The translations under genes were made by a program, and so were the position numbers. From the NCBI GenBank assembly GCA_963714325.1, contig CAVQOB010000006.1, positions 171,071 to 235,070 on the forward strand: DNA of 64,000 bases, read 5' to 3'. Each line of letters begins with the position of its first letter. Positions within the stretch are counted from its first letter, which is position 1. Origin of the DNA: an uncultured Alphaproteobacteria bacterium. GTDB lineage: Bacteria; Pseudomonadota; Alphaproteobacteria; Rhizobiales; Hyphomicrobiaceae. Positions 1 through 9,263 of the stretch are shown in pieces. The notes under the pieces were generated by a model. The model worked only from the letters and a program-made list of their open reading frames with translations, was not told the DNA's origin and ran no database searches.

Positions 1-1118
1 TCGCCACCGGACATGCCTTTGGCGGGGAATGGGTTGGTATCGGAGCCGCGCGGTTTCTCGGCGAGGAACATCGAGAGGCCTTTGTAGCCGGTCTCGCTTG
101 GGTTGGTGCGCGCTAGGAGAGTCATCATGTCGGCGCGGACGGGATGGGTGATCCAGGTTTTCTGACCGGTAATGTGATAGGTTTCGCCATCGCGGACGGC
201 GCGGGTTTTCAAGGAGGCGAGGTCGGAGCCGGTGTTGGGTTCAGTGAACACGGCGGTAGGCAAGATTTCGCCGGCCGCCAGTTTGGGCAAATATTTTTGC
301 TTCTGTTCGGGCGTGCCGCCGGCCAGGATCAGTTCCGCGGCGATTTCGGAGCGCGTGCCGAGCGAGCCGACGCCGATATAGGCGCGCGACAATTCCTCGG
401 AGACGACGCACATGCTTTCCTTGCCGAGGCCGAGACCGCCGTATTCTTCGGGGATCGTCAGGCCGAAGACGCCGAGGGCGTTCAGCTTATCGATGATGTC
501 GATGGGGATGTAGCTGTTGGTGAGGTGCCATTGGTGGGCGTGGGGCAAGACTTCGGCATTACCGAAACGGCGCATCTGTTCGCGCATCTCAGAGAGCGTT
601 TCGTCGAGACCGGTGTCGCCGAACGTTGTGGCGCCTGGCTGTTCGGCGAGGTGTCTGGCGAGGTGATGGCGGAGCGCCTCGCTAGTGCCGATGGCTATGA
701 CGGGGCTTGCGGCGTCCTCGAACTGGCGGATGTCACTGCGGGTGATGCCAAAGGCGGTCAGGCGCACGGTCTCGCCTTGGCTCATGGGAATGCCGCCGGC
801 CAATTGCGCGGCGTATTCGCCGAATGCAGCGGTTGCCAGCATGCGTTCGAGATCGCTGCAGCGGCCTGCGGATTCGAGACGATCGATCCAGGCAAGGGTT
901 TGGCGTAAGGCTTCGACGTAGGTTGCGAACCAGGCTAGGCCATGTAGCGTCGACTGCTCGCTTTCGGCCAGCAGCTTGTCGCGTACGCGTGTGCGTGCCG
1001 CGGCCGTTGCTTTCTGCAGCAGGGCTTCAGCGCCCTGGACGATGGCCGCCAATTGATCGCGTGGCGCTGACTGAGGCGCGGGGCTGGATTGCGATTTGAG
1101 CGAGGCGTTGGCTGGCAT
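1..1118 (-). CDS. acyl-CoA dehydrogenase family protein with long N-terminal extension (partial, continues past window start)
   Basis: My hand translation of the minus strand from ATG at 1118 gives MPANASLKSQ..., then after roughly 170 aa the typical ACAD fold (VFGLTIPEEYGGLGL, TEPNTGSDLASLKT, GQKTWITH). There is no stop before position 1. It is absent from the ORF track because it is truncated. Confidence 0.8.
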   Translation of the reverse strand, partial: MPANASLKSQSSPAPQSAPRDQLAAIVQGAEALLQKATAAARTRVRDKLLAESEQSTLHGLAWFATYVEALRQTLAWIDRLESAGRCSDLERMLATAAFGEYAAQLAGGIPMSQGETVRLTAFGITRSDIRQFEDAASPVIAIGTSEALRHHLARHLAEQPGATTFGDTGLDETLSEMREQMRRFGNAEVLPHAHQWHLTNSYIPIDIIDKLNALGVFGLTIPEEYGGLGLGKESMCVVSEELSRAYIGVGSLGTRSEIAAELILAGGTPEQKQKYLPKLAAGEILPTAVFTEPNTGSDLASLKTRAVRDGETYHITGQKTWITHPVRADMMTLLARTNPSETGYKGLSMFLAEKPRGSDTNPFPAKGMSGG

Positions 1119-1259
1119 GGTGATCGATCCGGGTCGGCGTCGGTTTTTTGATGCCGTTGCAGTGGTGAAACGGGAATCGACGCATAACATGTTGCGATGC
1201 AGCATATTGGTTTTTGGGGCCAAGTCCAGGTCTGGCAAGTCCTAATATTGCGCTCGCGG

Positions 1260-2669
1260 CTACCGCTCGCTGGTCAGATTACGAACGAAGCGGCGCTGAT
1301 CTGTTGTTCCGGCCGTGGCTGACGTTCCGGTTTTGGCAGCTTCGGAGTTCAGCGATTTTTCGATCGGCCGCTTGACGATAACGACGCTGGCTTCCTCGAC
1401 GTCCATGGTCGGGGGAGCCTCTACCGGGGCTTGACGTGGCTTGAGCGCAACCAGGCGTGCCGCTGGTTCGCGCGGCGGCGACAGTGGCTTGATGACGGTC
1501 TGTTTGTGGACCGGATCGGGCATGGCTGATCGCCGGATTACGATTTTGACGTCGGCTTCGCCGGCGACCGGTGGGATGGGATCAGGGGCTGAGAGACGCC
1601 GAGCGTTGGGTTGCGGGTGCCAGAGATTCGCCAGCGGGCGTTTGGCGATGAGGGGGTCAGTGTTCGGGCGACGATCATCATTGATGGAACCCAGGGTGGT
1701 GATTTCGGCTTCGAGGACGTCGAGGCGTAGAGTTGCCAGTTCGTGGATCGGGACCACGGCTTGGCTTGGCGCGTCATTGATGGCGGCTGGGCGATTGATC
1801 GACAGCGGGCTCATGACTGGCTGTTGTGGTTGGACGCTTGATGCCGTTGCGGGCTCGATGGTTGCTGCTTGCACTGGCGGTGACGACGCCGGCGCCGCGA
1901 CCGGTTGCGCCAGGGGCGAATCCGCTGGGGGCGGCTGAATTTGGCGCCGCAGCTGTGCGCTGGCAATGTTCTCGGCCGTTCGACGCGACAGGCTGCCGGC
2001 GCGAATGACGGCGAGAATGTCATCGAGTGCGATACTGGGGACAACAGCCTGTGAGCGCGTGGGGGCCGGCAGCCTGGCCGTTTCGGCTGCCGCTGACGTT
2101 GCCACTGTTGCGGGTTCAGCGATGGCTTCGACGGCCGGCACTGCTTCGGCGCTCGATGGCAGAGCGATGCCTTGCAGGAGCTGCGCTTGTTCGATCCAGT
2201 TCTGCTGGCTGATGGCACGGCCGAGACCCAGAGCACTGGCAACACCGCGGACGTCGTCGACGCGCCACGTGGCAATTTGAGCGTAGCGGGTGACGCCAAT
2301 CGCCATCAATCGGCGTGCCAAAGTGTCATCAATGCCGCGAATGCGCGTCAGGTCGTCTTTGGTTTCTGCGGACTGGAGGGTTGGGATGCGTTCGGCGATC
2401 AAAATGCCGCCATCCTTGACCTTCAGCTTGGTGCGGAAGGTGTCTGATGGCGCGCCATTGATGGAATCCTCGTGCTGGTACGCCTGTTGATGTGGCAGCT
2501 CGTAGGCTTTGAGACTGATTATGGCTGCCGTGATCTCGACGCAGGCCTGATCCAATGGGCTGTCGAGCGCGGGATGGGCGGAAAGCCCGCTATCGGTTGC
2601 CAAACGCTGCTCGATGAGAGCCAGCGCCTTGTTCAGACGTTGCAGTGCGGAGTTGATGTCGTCAGTCAT
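1260..2669 (-). CDS. hypothetical Pro/Ala-rich protein with helix-hairpin-helix-like segment
   Basis: 469-aa ORF. It has an N-terminal helical segment, a central motif LTRIRGIDDTLARRLMAIGVTRYAQIATW resembling HhH modules, and a long low-complexity P/A/S-rich C-terminal half. Confidence 0.55.
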   Translation of the reverse strand: MTDDINSALQRLNKALALIEQRLATDSGLSAHPALDSPLDQACVEITAAIISLKAYELPHQQAYQHEDSINGAPSDTFRTKLKVKDGGILIAERIPTLQSAETKDDLTRIRGIDDTLARRLMAIGVTRYAQIATWRVDDVRGVASALGLGRAISQQNWIEQAQLLQGIALPSSAEAVPAVEAIAEPATVATSAAAETARLPAPTRSQAVVPSIALDDILAVIRAGSLSRRTAENIASAQLRRQIQPPPADSPLAQPVAAPASSPPVQAATIEPATASSVQPQQPVMSPLSINRPAAINDAPSQAVVPIHELATLRLDVLEAEITTLGSINDDRRPNTDPLIAKRPLANLWHPQPNARRLSAPDPIPPVAGEADVKIVIRRSAMPDPVHKQTVIKPLSPPREPAARLVALKPRQAPVEAPPTMDVEEASVVIVKRPIEKSLNSEAAKTGTSATAGTTDQRRFVRNLTSER

Positions 2670-2834
2670 TCCGATCGATCCTGTTCGCTGCCGGTTCGGT
2701 TCACGGTGTAGGCCGAGCCTGCGCGGAACATAGAAATAATGTGGCTTACCAATCGACTAGGTCAAGCCTTGACTGTTATTCCGGGTCCATCCGGTTGATC
2801 AGTGTTGCCTGTTGGGCGCGGCCCTGCATGAGCT

Positions 2835-3863
2835 ATGCCGTCGATCATCAGCCGTCGACGGCGCAATCGACGGGGTGCGGTCGCTCGACGGGTCGCAACG
2901 CGCGTGGTTAAAGAGGCGCTCGGTCTTGGTGACGCGGTTGGGCGACGGGGTTGGATTGGGATGCTGCAACAGCTCCGCACATTCTGGAATGCCCTCTACG
3001 AGATGTTTGCCGACAGCGGGTTCTCGATGGCCGGCGCGGTGGCGTTCTCGTTTGTGCTCTCGTTGTTTCCGTTTTGCATCTTTCTCGGAGCGTTTGCCGG
3101 ATATTTCGGCGGCGAGGGCCTCGCCAAGGCTTCAATCGAGCAATTGTTCAAGGTGGTGCCGGCGCCAGTCGCGGAAGTGCTGGCGCCGGAAGTCGAAGCG
3201 GTGATGGGGCAGAGCCGGTTTGGGTTGCTGACGTTCGGCGCGTTGATCGCGCTGTTTTTTGCGACCAGCGCGATCGAGAGCTTGCGGTCGGCGCTGAATG
3301 TCGCCTACCGGGTGAAGGAGCAGCGCAACTATCTCGCATGCTTGCTGCAGAGTTCGATGTTCGTGTTGCTCAGCGCGCTTGGAATGCTGGCGTTTTCATG
3401 GGGCATTGTGGTTGGACCGGCGTTTGCCGCGCGGTTCAAACCGCAGTGGCTGTTGTGGCTTGCCGATCAAGGTTGGATGGCATTTTTTGCGCGCTATCTG
3501 ATCGTCATCGTGGTGATCGGGGTGCAGCTGTTGACCTATCATCTGTGGCTGGCGGCGGGGCGGCGGAGTTTCGCCGACGTTATGCCCGGCGTGCTGTTGT
3601 CGATCGTACTGTGGATCCTGACGGCGAAACTGTTCGCGTCGTGGCTGGCGATCAATGACTATTCGCGCTTTTATGCCGGGCTGACCCAATTGATGTCGGC
3701 GCTGGTGTTCTTTCAGTTGACGGCGATGATCGTCATTCTGGGAGCCGAACTCAATCGTGGGCTTGCTGACCGCAAGGCGAAGACGCTGGCGCAAGATGGG
3801 ATGTTCGATGGCGCCGCTCTGCACGCGTCGCCGCCGTCGCGTGGCAGTTATGGCGCGGATTGA
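2835..3863 (+). CDS. YihY/BrkB family membrane protein
   Basis: Motif FSMAGAVAFSFVLSLFPF followed by multiple hydrophobic helices is typical of the YihY/virulence factor BrkB family. An alternative start is the ATG at 2961. Confidence 0.75.
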   Translation: MPSIISRRRRNRRGAVARRVATRVVKEALGLGDAVGRRGWIGMLQQLRTFWNALYEMFADSGFSMAGAVAFSFVLSLFPFCIFLGAFAGYFGGEGLAKASIEQLFKVVPAPVAEVLAPEVEAVMGQSRFGLLTFGALIALFFATSAIESLRSALNVAYRVKEQRNYLACLLQSSMFVLLSALGMLAFSWGIVVGPAFAARFKPQWLLWLADQGWMAFFARYLIVIVVIGVQLLTYHLWLAAGRRSFADVMPGVLLSIVLWILTAKLFASWLAINDYSRFYAGLTQLMSALVFFQLTAMIVILGAELNRGLADRKAKTLAQDGMFDGAALHASPPSRGSYGAD

Positions 3864-3891
3864 TGGCCTGCTCCGCACTGGATAGTCGAGA

Positions 3892-4979
3892 TTATCCGAT
3901 CTGGCCGCGATGGCGGAGGAACTGATCGGCGAGGACGAGCGCCATCATCGCTTCGCCGACCGGGACGGCACGGATGCCGACGCAGGGATCGTGGCGGCCT
4001 TTGGTGATAATTTCACGTCTCGTTGCCAGACGTGTCGATGGTTTTGCGCGGGGCTGAGGATCGAGGATGTCGGCTTGACGGCGAAGCGGCAGACGACGGG
4101 CTGGCCGGTCGAAATGCCGCCGAGAATGCCGCCGGCGTGATTGGACAAGAAGCGCGGCTTGCCGTCGTTTCCGGCGCGCATCTCGTCGGCGTTGGCTTCG
4201 CCGGATAGCGCCGCGACGGCCATACCGTCGCCGATCTCGACGCCTTTGACGGCATTGATGCTCATCATTGCAGTGGCGAGTTCGGAGTCGAGTTTGGCGT
4301 AGATCGGCGCGCCCCAGCCGGCGGGTACGCCTTCGGCGGTGATCTCGATGATGGCGCCGCACGACGAGCCGGATTTGCGGACGCCATCGAGGTAGGTTTC
4401 CCAGTGTTTGGCGGCGATCGGGTCGGGGCAGAAGAAGGGGTTGGCATCGATGCTCGCATCGTCCCAGCGAGTGCGATCGATAGTGTGCGGCCCTATTTGT
4501 ACCAGTGCGCCGCGGATCTTCACAGCGGGTATGATCTTGCGAGCGATGGCGCCGGCGGCGACACGGGATGCGGTTTCGCGTGCCGACGAGCGACCACCGC
4601 CGCGATAGTCGCGGATGCCGTATTTTTCGAGGTAGGTGTAGTCGGCATGACCGGGGCGGAATTTGGCGGCGATGTCGCCGTAGTCTTTCGAGCGTTGGTC
4701 GACGTTGCGGATCAGCAAGGCAATCGGCGTGCCGGTGGTGACCTGGGCGCCTGCTGCGTCATTAAAAACGCCGGATAGAATTTCGACGGCGTCGGGCTCC
4801 TGGCGCTGGGTGGTGAAGCGCGATTGGCCGGGGCGGCGCTTGTCGAGAAACGCCTGAATGTCAGCGACGGTCAGAGGCAGGCCCGGTGGACAGCCGTCGA
4901 CGACGCAACCGATGGCGGGGCCATGACTTTCGCCGAAGGTGGTGACGCGCAGTAAATGGCCGAAGCTGTTGTGCGACAT
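3892..4979 (-). pseudogene. aroC: chorismate synthase, reading frame interrupted by two 1-nt insertions (pseudogene or assembly error)
   Basis: The N-terminus [33 protein letters not shown] is canonical AroC. The conserved C-terminus is spread over three frames: ...[11 protein letters not shown] / [11 protein letters not shown] / [40 protein letters not shown]. These correspond to ORFs 3945..4979, 4013..4255 and 3892..4362. Confidence 0.85.
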
Positions 4980-5087
4980 GGGGCGTCAGGTCCTGCGGCG
5001 CGGATTTGATTACCTGCACCTCATATCTGTGTTGCTCACGCGGGGCAATGTCCGCAATGGGCGATTGTCGTGCCAATCGGGTTTTGA

Positions 5088-5915
5088 TCATGGGCGCTTG
5101 AATGTCAGAGACGCCCAAAGGCTCGACCATTCCGCCTGTTCTTTTGGTCCGGGCTGCGCCATGTGGACGGCGCTGATCATGACTTCGCCAGCGACCGGAA
5201 CTTGCATCAGGGCGCGACCTTCGGCATCGGTGCGGGCTTGGCGGGGGCTTTCCTTGTCGTCACGACTGAAACTCTTGACCAATAGGCCCGCAATGGGCTT
5301 GCCGTTGTGCAGGACGCGGACGGGGAGCGGATCGCCGGGTTTCAGTTTGTAGGGGTTCTGCTCGGCGATGATTTCCAGCGGCAGGCCAACGGCGCGATCG
5401 TTGATGCCAGCGGGGCCGTCGCCGCCGCCGACGGAAACGAGCGCCTTGGCGCAGCGGGCATAGAGTTCGCGGATGTCGATCATGCGCTTGCCGGCCTGGC
5501 GATGGGCATCGATCACCCATTCGAGACCTTCAAATTTCAGGTTTTCCTCGAACTTGTCGAAGGTGGCGAAAACGGTTGGCTCGGCGACACGCTGATAGAC
5601 GACGATTGCGAGGCCCGGCTTGGAAAATTTCACTTCGGCGGCGGGATCGTCGCCGTCGATGGTTTTGATGGGGCGTTCGCCCTGGGCGTCGACGATCGAG
5701 AAGCGGCGCGACAATTTGCGGACGAAGGGGTAGGTGTCGCCCGCAAAATTCAGGCCGATGCGGTGGACAATCGGGACCGTGGCGCCAGCTTTGGGGGTGA
5801 AGTCGACTGGATCGATCCAGAATTCGTGGGCGGCCGATGGACCGGCGCCGACGCCTATAAGGACAAGGGCCGTCAAGGCAGGGAACCATCGGTTGGCTGG
5901 CTTCGACTTCCACAT
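5088..5915 (-). CDS. DUF4198-like periplasmic metal-uptake protein (NikM-like)
   Basis: Internal ATG at 5915 within ORF 5088..6902 gives MWKSKPANRWFPALTALVLIGVGAGPSAAHEFWIDP. This is a signal peptide followed by the AHxFW start typical of DUF4198 proteins. The upstream part of the track ORF overlaps the divergent gene and looks non-coding. Confidence 0.7.
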   Translation of the reverse strand: MWKSKPANRWFPALTALVLIGVGAGPSAAHEFWIDPVDFTPKAGATVPIVHRIGLNFAGDTYPFVRKLSRRFSIVDAQGERPIKTIDGDDPAAEVKFSKPGLAIVVYQRVAEPTVFATFDKFEENLKFEGLEWVIDAHRQAGKRMIDIRELYARCAKALVSVGGGDGPAGINDRAVGLPLEIIAEQNPYKLKPGDPLPVRVLHNGKPIAGLLVKSFSRDDKESPRQARTDAEGRALMQVPVAGEVMISAVHMAQPGPKEQAEWSSLWASLTFKRP

Positions 5916-6008
5916 TCTGTCACCGGATTTCTTGGTTGCTTTTGAAACGCATGCCGTGTGGTAGCGTATTCTCAATAGGGCTTCTTGGGACAGCAGGTAA
6001 AGATCGCG

Positions 6009-7148
6009 ATGTTGGTACGTCTGTCCGTTGTGATTGGTTTCATGGGCTGGCTGTCGGCCGCCGTGCTGACGGGGCCGGTTTTTGCGCATGAAATCCGGCC
6101 GGCGGTGGTGACGGCGACGATGGGTGCCGATGGGCGCTACGAGGTGGTGGTTGCGACCAACATCGAGGCCTTGCTGGCCGGCATTGGTGAGCAGCACAAA
6201 GATACCGACGACGCACCAGAAGCGAGGACTTACAACGCCTTGCGGGCGTTGCCACCGGCTGAATTGAAGCGCCGGTTCGAGGTTTTTTCGAACCGGTGGC
6301 TGGCGGCTGTTGGTCTCGAGTTCGATGGTGTTCGATCGGTGGCGAAAGTCGCCAACGTCGATGTGCCCGATTTGGGATCGGTCAGCGCGGCGCGGATTTC
6401 GAAAATCAGTCTGGCCGGGGCGTTCAAGAGTGATGCGAAGGCGATTGTCTGGTCGTACGGGCGTGATTTCGGATCCAGCGTTCTCCGCGTGAAGCTTGCC
6501 AATGGCGAACTCGTGGAAGGCGGATGGCTCAAGGATGGGGCGGCGAGTGCGCCGATCGTGCTCGGTGGCGGAGCGCCAACGAGCAAAGTGCTGAAATTCT
6601 ATGAGTATATGGCAGTTGGGTTCACGCACATTCTGCCGAAAGGGCTGGATCATATCCTGTTCGTGGTCGGGCTTTATCTCTTGAGCGCGGGGTTGCGTCC
6701 GCTGCTCGTGCAGGTGACGGCGTTCACGGTTGCGCATTCGATCACGCTGGCGCTGGGGCTCTATGGCGTGGTCGACGTGCCGTCGACGATCGTCGAGCCG
6801 CTGATTGCGCTGTCGATTGTTTATGTGGCGGTGGAAAATATCTTGCGGAGTACGCTCAGTCCCTGGCGGCCGTTTGTGGTGTTCGTTTTCGGGTTGCTGC
6901 ATGGGCTCGGCTTTGCCGGGGTGCTGCAGGAGATCGGGCTTGGCCGCGGCGATTATGTCGTGGGGTTGCTCGGGTTTAATGTTGGCGTTGAATTCGGGCA
7001 GCTGGCGGTGATCGCACTGGCGTGGTTGGCGACCGGATACTGGTTTTCGGAGCGGCCCTGGTATCGCCAGCGCATCGTTTGGCCGGCGTCGGCAGCGATC
7101 GCTTTGGTTGGTCTGTTCTGGACCGTCGAGCGAATCATGTCGGCCTAG
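6009..7148 (+). CDS. HupE/UreJ family membrane protein (putative Ni/Co transporter)
   Basis: Signal peptide MLVRLSVVIGFMGWLSAAVLTGPVFAHE. C-terminal motifs GFTHILPKGLDHILFVVGLYLL and FGLLHGLGFAG are typical of the HupE_UreJ_2 family. The track ORF starts at TTG 5985. Confidence 0.75.
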   Translation: MLVRLSVVIGFMGWLSAAVLTGPVFAHEIRPAVVTATMGADGRYEVVVATNIEALLAGIGEQHKDTDDAPEARTYNALRALPPAELKRRFEVFSNRWLAAVGLEFDGVRSVAKVANVDVPDLGSVSAARISKISLAGAFKSDAKAIVWSYGRDFGSSVLRVKLANGELVEGGWLKDGAASAPIVLGGGAPTSKVLKFYEYMAVGFTHILPKGLDHILFVVGLYLLSAGLRPLLVQVTAFTVAHSITLALGLYGVVDVPSTIVEPLIALSIVYVAVENILRSTLSPWRPFVVFVFGLLHGLGFAGVLQEIGLGRGDYVVGLLGFNVGVEFGQLAVIALAWLATGYWFSERPWYRQRIVWPASAAIALVGLFWTVERIMSA

Positions 7149-7400
7149 AAGCGGTCGCTGGGCGGCCGATGTGGCGGTGCTTTGGTGTGGCGTCCGTGCA
7201 ACGCGTTCGTGCAGAACGATTGAATTCAGCGCGAACCTACGCGTTTGGGTGCCAAAGTCGCCAGTTTTGCCGTGCGCTTTTCTTGCCTTGAGAGCGGACT
7301 GCGGTTTACCATTCGAGGAGGTGATGGGGCAGGGGGAGTCCGCGCATACGGGCCTGATTGTCTGATCGCTGGGTGATAATCAATCTAAGGGAGAGACGTA

Positions 7401-7583
7401 ATGCGCATCGTGAAAGCTCTGATGGCCGTAGCATTTCTCGCAGCAACGACCTTGACCGTAAGCTCGGTCGGTGACTTGAGCTCGGCCGAAGCCAAGGCGC
7501 ACGTGACCAAGGGTAAGCCCGGCAAGTGCGGCGCGACCAAGTATTACAGCAAGAAGGACAAGGGTTGCCTTTCGAAGGCCTAA
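7401..7583 (+). CDS. small secreted protein (60 aa, two Cys), hypothetical
   Basis: Good SD (AAGGGAGAG) 5 nt upstream of the ATG. Signal-peptide-like MRIVKALMAVAFLAATTLTVSS, then a Lys-rich mature part with CGATKYYSKKDKGC. Confidence 0.5.
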   Translation: MRIVKALMAVAFLAATTLTVSSVGDLSSAEAKAHVTKGKPGKCGATKYYSKKDKGCLSKA

Positions 7584-8073
7584 GTTCGGCTGACTGGCAA
7601 ATTTTGGACATTGCGGCGAGTTGGGGGGCTTAGGCTTTCCAGCTCGCTTTGCGTTCCGACGTGGGAACGCGTGCCGGAGCGCGCTACCGTAATCTTGCCA
7701 CGGTCGGTTGGGAATCGCTGGTACAGGCGATGACAAACGCGTTTTCGGTCACTACGGATTATCGGATGTAACGCGTGATTTTGTCGTTCCACAACCAAAG
7801 GAGGTGCTATGCGCGGGCTGATGGCTGCGCTTGTAGCAACTGCGTTGGTGTTGCGTGCCACTGCCGTGTTGGACACGGCCTGATGCATCAAGGCGCCAGC
7901 TCGAACAGAGCCGGAGTGCGTTGGTGATTTCAGAGACGTGGGTTGCTTGGTCCGACAGCGATGTCGCGACGAAGCCAAACAATGGCCGACATAACGGCCT
8001 GACGTCTGAGCTCTGATGCTGAAGGAGTGTCCCAAGCGCTGTTGCAGCGGTCTTGAGCTTGGCATGACTAGGG

Positions 8074-8113
8074 AAGGCCGTGGACGCCGCTCGTCTGCGG
8101 CCTTTCTTTGTGT
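8074..8113 (+). terminator. rho-independent terminator candidate
   Basis: Stem AAGGCCG(8074-8080)/CGGCCTT(8098-8104) with an inner GGACG/CGTC pairing, followed by TTTCTTTGTGTT. Confidence 0.5.
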
Positions 8114-8192
8114 TGGGCTGGACTTAGTTCGGCTTGGCTCTGACGGATCCTATCGTGCGCCGCTGGTCGAGAACAACGGATAGAGCTGTGAG

Positions 8193-8579
8193 ATGAAGTA
8201 TTCAATGCTGGCGACACTTCTGCTCAGAGGATTCGTGGCGGTGGTGTTGTTCGATACGGGTTTGGCGCAAGCGCAGAGCGGGCTACCGCCGGCCAGTTCA
8301 CCGTCTGCTGTGCCAACAACTCCGGCCGCGGATGCGATTGTCGCGCCGGTGCGGCGAGTTGCGCCGCCAAAACCGAAAGCGGTTGTGGGTGTGCCTGTGC
8401 GGGGCGCCAAGCCCGTTGTCGCCAAGTCGGGAGCGGTCATGACGACGCGCAAAACTTTAAGGACAGTGAAGCGCGCCAAAGCTCGCGCCAGCAAAGGCGT
8501 GGCCGCGAGCCAGCGCGCTGCGGTACGACCGGCCAAGCCAGCGGTCAGCAAAATCGCCAAGAAGCCAGCCAAAGCGTAA
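8193..8579 (+). CDS. secreted Lys/Ala/Pro-rich hypothetical protein
   Basis: 128-aa ORF with signal peptide MKYSMLATLLLRGFVAVVLFDTGLAQA and a basic low-complexity tail (AKKPAKA). Confidence 0.5.
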   Translation: MKYSMLATLLLRGFVAVVLFDTGLAQAQSGLPPASSPSAVPTTPAADAIVAPVRRVAPPKPKAVVGVPVRGAKPVVAKSGAVMTTRKTLRTVKRAKARASKGVAASQRAAVRPAKPAVSKIAKKPAKA

Positions 8580-8627
8580 GTGCCAACGGCAACACGACGG
8601 AGTTGCGGCAGAATCTTTCGGCGGCGA

Positions 8628-9215
8628 TTAGATCCACTCCGCCAGCCCTTGGTGGACGACGAGCACGCGATCTTGCGGAACTTCCAGCCGGGGAATGTCG
8701 GTCTTCGAGAGGCCGAGTGCAATGCCACGCAGTGCGCGACTGATGTTGCCGTGAGAGACGACGACGGTGTCCTGGCGCATTTCCGCGAGCCAGGTGGCAA
8801 CACGGGTGGTCACCATTGCATAGTTCTCGCCGCCGCGCGGAATCCAATTCCAGGTATCGGCTTTGCGGGCCGCGAAGCCTTCGGGGTCGAGCTTGGGCAG
8901 CTCACTCCATAGTTGACCTTCCCAATGACCGAAGTTCTGTTCCTTGAGGCGATCGTCGGTGAGAAAATCGGTTGGCGCGAGGCCCATCGACTGGCGCAGA
9001 ATGCGCATGGTTTCGGACGTGCGGCTTAGTGGGCTTGCGACGAAATTGATGCGTAGGATGTTGGTGCCGAGGCGCTCGCGCAACATGAGACCATTGCGGG
9101 CGGCCTGCTCGCGGCCTTTGGCGTTCAAAGGGATATCGGTCTGGCCTTGGTAGCGTTGCGCCGCGTTCCAGTCGGTCTCGCCATGGCGAATGAAATAGAT
9201 CGTGTAAGGGGTCAT
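8628..9215 (-). CDS. histidine phosphatase family protein (phosphoglycerate mutase-like)
   Basis: N-terminal catalytic motif IYFIRHGETDWN and a later SHG motif. Confidence 0.85.
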   Translation of the reverse strand: MTPYTIYFIRHGETDWNAAQRYQGQTDIPLNAKGREQAARNGLMLRERLGTNILRINFVASPLSRTSETMRILRQSMGLAPTDFLTDDRLKEQNFGHWEGQLWSELPKLDPEGFAARKADTWNWIPRGGENYAMVTTRVATWLAEMRQDTVVVSHGNISRALRGIALGLSKTDIPRLEVPQDRVLVVHQGLAEWI

Positions 9216-9263
9216 GTCGTGCCGTTCGAATTCAGGGATGCTCGTACTGGGCCATATTGATTC

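Noticed and set aside
144-908. 254-aa plus-strand ORF (and overlapping ORFs at 685..921 and 824..1099)
   Set aside because: It lies antisense to a clearly recognisable acyl-CoA dehydrogenase gene. The composition is Gly/Ala/Arg-rich, typical of high-GC shadow ORFs, and no motif is present.
5916-6902. Upstream 329 codons of track ORF 5088..6902
   Set aside because: This part overlaps the HupE/UreJ gene on the other strand and has a His/Arg/Gln-rich non-protein-like composition. A signal peptide begins at the internal ATG 5915.
7882-7930. TGA at 7882 as a selenocysteine codon with a SECIS element
   Set aside because: Only a short imperfect hairpin (CCAGCTC-GAACA-GAGCCGG) follows, and it does not resemble known bacterial SECIS elements. 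No sel genes are in the window. It is kept only as a low-probability alternative in the finding.
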